A DNA stretch of 64,000 nt from a virus, in the IMG/VR virus record IMGVR_UViG_3300032053_004772, positions 22,774-86,773 of that record. One strand, given 5' to 3'. Below are positions 57,989 to 64,000 of this stretch, piece by piece. The position numbers and the translations under genes were made by a program. Below the pieces are notes generated by a model that was given only the letters and a program-made list of their open reading frames with translations, searched no databases and was not told the origin of the DNA. Within the stretch, counting starts at the first letter, position 1. The number at the start of each line of letters is the position of its first letter.

Positions 57989-58188
57989 GTGATGAGTTTT
58001 CTATAGGATGTTGCGTGAAGTGCAGGTTTGAGAAGGATCATCACTGCCGTCGATATCCGAAGAGTCCAGTTGTCTCTATTCCTATTAAAGGCATTATAGG
58101 AAGTCCTCAGCAGTTTTCGACTATGTGGAGTCATCCTCCCGTTCGAGAGGATGAGTATGGGTGTGGAGAGTACCGGGAGAAGAAATGA
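57985..58188 (+). CDS. Small Cys-rich phage protein
   Basis: C..C....C.R.P...P.V..D..CGE. Confidence 0.55.
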   Translation: MSDEFSIGCCVKCRFEKDHHCRRYPKSPVVSIPIKGIIGSPQQFSTMWSHPPVREDEYGCGEYREKK

Positions 58189-58526
58189 GGTTACAACTTA
58201 TCGATGTTAGGGGTCTTCTTACTGCGATGGAGGGTATGAGACTTTGCCATACTGAAGATACGATCCTATGGCAGAAAGAGTCGTATAATCTGTTAAATCC
58301 TTCGGATATCAACGCGGACTCTGTAGTTCAGGAACTATGTGCAGGGATAGATTTTTCTGTAGAAACTCAGAGGATTACAGATGCGGAGTGGGGTTCAGGT
58401 CGTAAGGAATATCCGATTGGAGAGAATAGGAGTCTCTCTGATGATGTTAAGGATTGGATTCAGCAGTTTTATATACGAGGAGTTAAGGAAGCGATTCAGG
58501 CGGTAATCGCAAAATTAAAGAGATAA
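58185..58526 (+). CDS. Hypothetical protein
   Basis: ATGA-coupled to the previous ORF. Confidence 0.5.
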   Translation: MRLQLIDVRGLLTAMEGMRLCHTEDTILWQKESYNLLNPSDINADSVVQELCAGIDFSVETQRITDAEWGSGRKEYPIGENRSLSDDVKDWIQQFYIRGVKEAIQAVIAKLKR

Positions 58527-58576
58527 CTCATATTACTTTGCTGTTTACTATTGTTGCGTTTTCCGGTATTTTTTAT

Positions 58577-59002
58577 ATGAGCGAAAAGAGAGTTAAAGTT
58601 CTAATGGCAGTTGCACTTACACCTCAGGAGATTTTAGGTACGCGGGTTCCTGTGAAGGAGTTTCGTCTGACCACTTCTACAGGAGACGCTGCCTACTCTG
58701 CAGCGATGAAGAGATGGGCAGAGTTCAAACTACCAATTCTTCTCATTCGAGCTCCCGATGCGATGCCTGAGTATCGATACATCGGAACTGTAGATGGACA
58801 AGATGTGTGTCTCTTCTTAGAGTCGTGGATCTTACCGATCTCGGAAATAGAAGTGAGCGAGGATGATTCTCGTCTCCTTGCTATTGATAAGGTAGCGAAA
58901 CCGTTCACAGATTTGCTTGGCTCTCTCAGTGCGTTTCGAGCTATAATGGAGAAGTTGATACCAGTCAAAGAAGCGGACGATCCGAAACCGAGCTTGAATT
59001 GA
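58577..59002 (+). CDS. Hypothetical protein, probably leaderless
   Basis: ATG 6 nt after TGTTTAC-N16-GGTATT; no SD. Confidence 0.5.
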   Translation: MSEKRVKVLMAVALTPQEILGTRVPVKEFRLTTSTGDAAYSAAMKRWAEFKLPILLIRAPDAMPEYRYIGTVDGQDVCLFLESWILPISEIEVSEDDSRLLAIDKVAKPFTDLLGSLSAFRAIMEKLIPVKEADDPKPSLN

Positions 59003-59008
59003 GGAGAG

Positions 59009-59494
59009 ATGAAGAGGATCTGGTTGTTGTTGCCGATTCTGTTTCTAATAAGTTGTGACCCGTGGTGGAATGTGGAAGACGACTACGACCCGATCTTCCC
59101 TGAGATTCCGGTATTGAATCTGGATTCTCCACAAGAGATTGGCTGGTGGTTGGTGCAGAATATTCGCTGGGTCGATGATGATATTCACGATATGAGTGAG
59201 TATTGGCAGTCTCCCGATCAGACCTATGTCTGGAGAGCGGGAGATTGTGAGGATTTTGCAGTGCTGATGATGTACCTAATTCGGCAGGAGCTAGGCGGCT
59301 GGCCGGAGTTGGCAAAGGGGAAGTATGATACTTCCGGTCATGGGTGGGTTGTCTACGATGGTCGGTGGTACGAGGCGCAGGGTGGACGAGATGTAACGAA
59401 TGACGCACACTATACGTTAAACGAGACGGTGAGTTACGGAGTGACGATGTGGCGTTCGATGAACACTCACAAGTCGATTGAGGAGGAGAGATGA
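59009..59494 (+). CDS. Lipoprotein with transglutaminase-like cysteine peptidase domain
   Basis: Lipobox LFLISC; YWQSP..T....GDCEDFA, H.WV. Confidence 0.8.
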   Translation: MKRIWLLLPILFLISCDPWWNVEDDYDPIFPEIPVLNLDSPQEIGWWLVQNIRWVDDDIHDMSEYWQSPDQTYVWRAGDCEDFAVLMMYLIRQELGGWPELAKGKYDTSGHGWVVYDGRWYEAQGGRDVTNDAHYTLNETVSYGVTMWRSMNTHKSIEEER

Positions 59495-59877
59495 AGAAGA
59501 AGTGGTTGTGGTTCGGTCTTGCGCTCATACTATCGAGCTGCTTAACGTTACCGAGTCCGATGATCCGCAGAGAGCGAACAGGGATCACCATTCATAACTC
59601 TGCGTTTCAGCAGGTGATTACGGAGGTCATCGTTTTCGATGCCGATCACAGACGAACTGCTGATGGCTATCTGAATCTTTCCGGAAGAGAGAGATTCGGT
59701 GGTATCGGATTCAATTTGGATGCGGGTCTGTACGACATCACGCTAACGATTTCGAAACGACCTCTTGTCGGAGTCGGATGGAGGTTCTCTCGGTATAACC
59801 TTCCGCACGTTCTGATAGCGGATGGTCAGCGAATTCGATTTCGATGGAACGGGAAGGTGCTTTTGTACGAGAGGTAA
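59491..59877 (+). CDS. Putative lipoprotein
   Basis: MKKK...LILSSC lipobox. Confidence 0.65.
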   Translation: MKKKWLWFGLALILSSCLTLPSPMIRRERTGITIHNSAFQQVITEVIVFDADHRRTADGYLNLSGRERFGGIGFNLDAGLYDITLTISKRPLVGVGWRFSRYNLPHVLIADGQRIRFRWNGKVLLYER

Positions 59878-59880
59878 GAG

Positions 59881-60739
59881 ATGAAACTGCGAGGTTACTA
59901 TCCACCACTCGTTCGATTTTTTATCGGACGAGATGAGGGTGTACCTCGCACTCTTTTGTCTCCAAGGCATCACGCAGGAAGTATCGGAGTGTCGCTTAAT
60001 GAGACACACAGTTGCGACGGTCGCTATCACGTTCAGACAATAAACACGGTACCACTTCGGTATGAGTTGCTGGCGAGAATTATTACGGATGAGAGTCCGG
60101 ATTGGTGGAAGAGAGCAGAAAAGGTGCTGAAAACTCTTTCGATGAACCGAGGAAGAGTAGGATGATGATAGAGGAAGAGATAAGGTGTAGCAATTGTGGT
60201 GAGATGAATAAAGCTCTGATCAGTTTTAGAGGGGCGTTAGTAATCTTGGAGTTGTGTGAGTGTTGTAAGAAGGCACTACAAAAAAGGAAGGAACTAGCGG
60301 GTATTCACGAATATGATTTTACTTCTGCTCTAGGTCGGCGTTAGAGTCTCTTGTAAGGAAAGTTGCGATAAAGAAAGAAGAGAATTCGGAGGAGAGATGA
60401 ACGTTGAGGGTGTCTTCGTAATGATCCTCTTTTTGATGGTAGTAGCGGAGATTCTTCTATTCACCTGGCTGAAAAGCGAGTTCGAGAAGCAGCAGCACGA
60501 TCGAGAGGAGAGAGAACGTGAAGAAGAAGGCATCACCAGAAACGGTGAGGAAGTTTCTAGAGGCGGTTTATCCTGAATACACCGAGTTAGCTATTGCGAC
60601 GAACAGTGAGGAGAGTTGTCTTCGGGATGCAACGGAACTAATCCAGGAACAGCGGAAGCTAATCGAGGCTGTAGGAAAACTGCTGCTTCTCGGAGAGGTA
60701 CAGAAGGCGATTACGGAGTTAAGGATATCGTTGAGATGA
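59881..60739 (+). other. Run of small hypothetical ORFs (59881-60165, ~60162-60344, 60397-60576, 60518-60739)
   Basis: Short coupled ORFs, mostly with purine-rich SDs; one Zn-finger and one TM peptide. Confidence 0.45.
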
Positions 60740-61680
60740 AAAGAATGTTACCGGAGTGGAGAGCTTTGTACGACAAGTTTCGCGTTGAACATCCGGAGTT
60801 TGAGGGAGTGAAGAGTTATCAAGCGTGGACTCAGACGGCTGATGGTAAAGCATATCTTCGACACAGTCATAGCAGCTCAGAAACTAAAGAGAAGATAAGA
60901 CGAGCAAACTTTGTGTATCGAATGGAGAATCCTGAGAAAGCTCACATCGAGGCCGTCGCCGGAGGTAGAAAGTCGTTAGGTCGAAGACGGGAAATACCTT
61001 TGCAAGAGCGAGAAAAGAGATCGGCTTCTGCGAAGTTGGCAGCAACGAAACTATCCTCGGAAGCTCGAGAGCGACGCCGATTAGCCGGTATGAGAGTAGG
61101 TCGAGCGCGTCTTGGCTGTAAGCGTCCGAAGTACGCAATAGAAAATCAGAAGAAAGCTTTGCGTCGATTTTATGATGAGCATCCTGAAAGACGTTTGGAT
61201 CAGAGAAAACGAGTCGTGGAGCGTTTTGAGAAAGATCCGGCTTTGCGTAAGATCTATAGTGAGCGTGCTAAAGAGCAACGACAGAGAGAAATGGTTGCGG
61301 GTGTAGACTCTCTTTCTTCTCTTCGTAGTAAAGGTGGAATGTCCTACGATCGATGGATTCAACCCAGCTTTCGGGCGTTAGCTCGTGCGTTACGAAGGTT
61401 GGGTTTTGGAGATAGCTATTACGGTAGTCACGAGCGATGTGTTGCTGGCTACTATATCGACTTCTTTAATGGGCAGGCTCGTCTCGCGATTGAAGCGGAT
61501 AGTTTTCTGCAAACTGAGAAGTATGATAAGCAGCACGTTTTACGTTCGGAGCAGATTTTACGACAGCAGATTATTGAACAGAGTCTAGGTTTTTCTATAC
61601 TTCGTTGGGTTAAAGAAACTACACGTTTAGATGAAGAGATAATTACGATTTTATCTCGGATTCACAAAAAATCTGCTTAG
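60736..61680 (+). mobile_element. Free-standing homing-endonuclease-like gene (NUMOD-like repeats plus DUF559-like nuclease)
   Basis: HS.ETKEKIR; YYIDFF....LAIEAD...RQ..IE..LGF.ILR; just upstream of terminase. Confidence 0.65.
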
Positions 61681-61776
61681 AATCAGTTGAGACATCTAGA
61701 GAACGTTAAGAGAAATCCTAGTTTTTTCTTTACTTTCTTCACGCGGAAACAGACTGAGACTGAGAAAGGAAGACGA

Positions 61777-62289
61777 ATGAAGCTGACCGAACAGCAGAAA
61801 ATTGCTGTACGACTTCTCGTTGGTGGAGTAAGTCAAGCCGAAATAGCTCGCCGGTTAGAGGTGAATGAACAGACGGTCTACTCATGGACAAGAAAGAGAA
61901 TCTTTCAAGAAGAGATAGAGTTCCAGCGATCTCGCCGAGATGCTCTTCTGGATCAGCGGATGGAGTCACTGCTGAGTCTCATAGATGATCGATTGCGCGA
62001 TATTCTGCTGGATGGTAAGGATGCAGATTCTCTCGGTGCGATCGATCGAGTTCTGCGTTACTTCGGAAAGTACGAAGACAAAGTAACAGTGACGTCTCGG
62101 AGTATTGAGACGAGAGAGGATGCGTATGAGTACGCCTCAGATATTGCACGATCCTATAACATACATATTGACCTCGGTCCATACGGAATTGTCCAACCAG
62201 ATGGTTCGATCAAACGACCGCGATCGATTATCAGCTCTGGAAGCGGATCGCGCGAAGAACGAGGAACAGCAGAAACAGTCGCTCAGTAG
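61777..62289 (+). CDS. Terminase small subunit (N-terminal HTH)
   Basis: LT.QQ..A..LL..G.SQ.EIA..L.V...TVYSW; overlaps the large subunit. Confidence 0.75.
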   Translation: MKLTEQQKIAVRLLVGGVSQAEIARRLEVNEQTVYSWTRKRIFQEEIEFQRSRRDALLDQRMESLLSLIDDRLRDILLDGKDADSLGAIDRVLRYFGKYEDKVTVTSRSIETREDAYEYASDIARSYNIHIDLGPYGIVQPDGSIKRPRSIISSGSGSREERGTAETVAQ

Positions 62290-63889
62290 AGTTTCGTTAG
62301 AGTTACAACATCAACGTTACGTCAACGATCCGGTCGCGTTCATCGAGAATGAGCTGAAGATCTTCAACCCAGACCGAGAACCCTCGACGATTCCGTTTCA
62401 GCTCTACGACTACCAGAAGAAGTTTGTTCAGGATCTCTATGCTGCCTATCGGGCTCAGAAAGACATCATAGACGAGAAGTCCAGACAGATGGGGATCAGC
62501 TGGTTATACATGGCGTTCTTCCTCTGGGGACTTCTGCACGATCCTTCCTTTTCCGGCTTCTCGATGAGCTACAAAGAGGATCTGGTAGACGATGGTGGAA
62601 TCGAATCGTCACCGAACTCGCTCTTCGGAAAACTCCGGTTCATGTACGAGCGGATCGAGAAGAAAGAGTACCATGGTCTGCTGCGAATCAAGTCTTTGCT
62701 GATTACGAACCGACAAACGGGTGCGTACTTAGTCGGCGAGTCGACTAACCCGAATGCAGGTAGAGGCGGTACGTACAAGATCGGGCTCTGGGATGAAACC
62801 GCCAGCACTCCGAAGAGTGAGACGATCTATCCCGCGTTTCAGCAAGCCGTGAAGTGTCAGTGTCTGAACTCTACCGTTCGAGGTAAAGGCAACGTCTTTG
62901 CTCGACTGCGATTTGATCCGAACGCTGGATTCCAGACTCATACGCTGCACTGGACACAACATCCAGAGAAAGCCGCTGGACTTCAGTGGATAGAGGGTGT
63001 GCCTACCTCTCCGTGGTACGAGAGGATGAAGTCTCAACTCACTCCTACCGAACTCGGACAAGAGGTTGACATAAACTACGAGACCTCTGTGGAAGGTCGC
63101 GTCTACGATAAACTGATCAAGACCGTACATCTGAAGCCTCTCGACTTCAATCCGGAGTGGAAGCATAACTCGATTATCGCTTGGGACTTGGGTGTTTCAG
63201 ATGAGACCTTCGCTGTTGTGATGCAGCAAGATAATCAAGGTAACATCGGAATCGTAGATGAGGCTGTAGGTACCGATGAGGAGATTCGCTTCTATATCTC
63301 GTTGGTGTGTGGATCCGAACCGAAGGAGCTACCCTATCTTCCTATTGAAAGAAGGAAGATGTTCTTAGGGTTTTTACAGAGGTCACGACAATACGGTTAC
63401 GCAGAGTTGATCAACGTAGGTGGTCCAGATACCACTCAACGCAGCATCACTTCGAAGGCTTCTGTGCGAGATCAGTTTCTGAGAGCTGCTGAGTTTGGTC
63501 GTGATCCTACGACAGGTAGAGTAACTGATCGTCGCTTTCGAAATATGCGATTCACTCCGTTAACAGGATATCGAGTTCTAGATCGTATTATTGCAACGAA
63601 GAAGTTGATGGATCCACAACGGAACAAGTTCATCGTTTCTGAGAGATGTGTGAATGTCTGGGAACGGTTAGTGAACTATCGCTGGACTCAGACACCAGAC
63701 GGAATGAACAGAGAACAACCCGAGCATGATTGGGCGTCTCACGCCAGTGATGCTGTAGGTTACGGTGTGTTGTGGTTCACGCATCGGAAGAGTATCATGC
63801 AAAAACCGGTGTTGGGAGAGTCTCGAGCTCGTCGCACTGGCCCTCCTGGAGGCAGAACGATGTCAACTCTTCGAGTAGGAATGCGGTAA
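62201..63889 (+). CDS. Terminase large subunit
   Basis: KSRQMGISW Walker A, WDE Walker B, AWDLG and HASDA nuclease motifs. Confidence 0.93.
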   Translation: MVRSNDRDRLSALEADRAKNEEQQKQSLSRVSLELQHQRYVNDPVAFIENELKIFNPDREPSTIPFQLYDYQKKFVQDLYAAYRAQKDIIDEKSRQMGISWLYMAFFLWGLLHDPSFSGFSMSYKEDLVDDGGIESSPNSLFGKLRFMYERIEKKEYHGLLRIKSLLITNRQTGAYLVGESTNPNAGRGGTYKIGLWDETASTPKSETIYPAFQQAVKCQCLNSTVRGKGNVFARLRFDPNAGFQTHTLHWTQHPEKAAGLQWIEGVPTSPWYERMKSQLTPTELGQEVDINYETSVEGRVYDKLIKTVHLKPLDFNPEWKHNSIIAWDLGVSDETFAVVMQQDNQGNIGIVDEAVGTDEEIRFYISLVCGSEPKELPYLPIERRKMFLGFLQRSRQYGYAELINVGGPDTTQRSITSKASVRDQFLRAAEFGRDPTTGRVTDRRFRNMRFTPLTGYRVLDRIIATKKLMDPQRNKFIVSERCVNVWERLVNYRWTQTPDGMNREQPEHDWASHASDAVGYGVLWFTHRKSIMQKPVLGESRARRTGPPGGRTMSTLRVGMR

Positions 63890-63896
63890 TTCTTTC

Positions 63897-64000
63897 ATGA
63901 ACGAAATTACCGTTACGAAAGACGACTTTGAGTACTGGAAAGAAGTAGAGAGGGGTTACATCCGAGAGATGACTCACGTGGTTATTCAGGTGAGTCACGA
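63897..64000 (+). CDS. Partial ORF running off the window end
   Basis: ATG 6 nt after TGTCAAC-N17-GGTAAT; open to the end. Confidence 0.45.
   Translation, partial: MNEITVTKDDFEYWKEVERGYIREMTHVVIQVSH

Noticed and set aside
440-63998. Minus-strand ORFs (for example 8046-8633, 10483-11088, 23522-24154, 45950-46552, 58965-59591)
   Set aside because: All lie antisense to well-supported + strand genes and lack motifs; treated as shadows
1-64000. Stop-codon reassignment, inteins or introns
   Set aside because: Genes tile densely with the standard code using all three stops; polymerase, RNR, helicase and terminase have ordinary lengths with continuous motifs
1-64000. Prophage or lysogeny module
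   Set aside because: No integrase, divergent repressor pair or host genes seen; the portion outside the window is unknown

Overview
The window is most of a tailed dsDNA phage genome (siphovirus-like). Essentially all genes are on the + strand. It runs from the tail terminator to the large terminase. Portal and capsid genes, an integrase and a repressor are not visible. Order: tail module (tube, frameshifted chaperone, tape measure, tail tip/adhesin); atypical lysis cassette; mosaic fibre/beta-helix genes; PIG-L/ATP-grasp/PHP operon; early amidoligase-GATase operon; replisome; 7-deazaguanine DNA-modification cluster; dUTPase and UDG-PolA fusion; SSB/SbcCD/RecA/resolvases; NusG paralog; class II RNR; WbpB/D/A-like sugar enzymes; lipoproteins; terminase. 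The most interesting signal is a coupled operon of QueC, a HisC/CobD-like PLP enzyme, an ArcS-like DUF5591 protein, a dNMP kinase and a TGT/DpdA-like protein. Elsewhere are a degenerate QueE-like gene and a YhhQ transporter, which together suggest an undescribed deazaguanine hypermodification. Other notable items are a D-arm-less tRNA-like RNA, a recurrent phage-specific promoter motif giving leaderless mRNAs, and a nested spanin-like gene pair. All calls come from reading motifs by eye; no database search was run.
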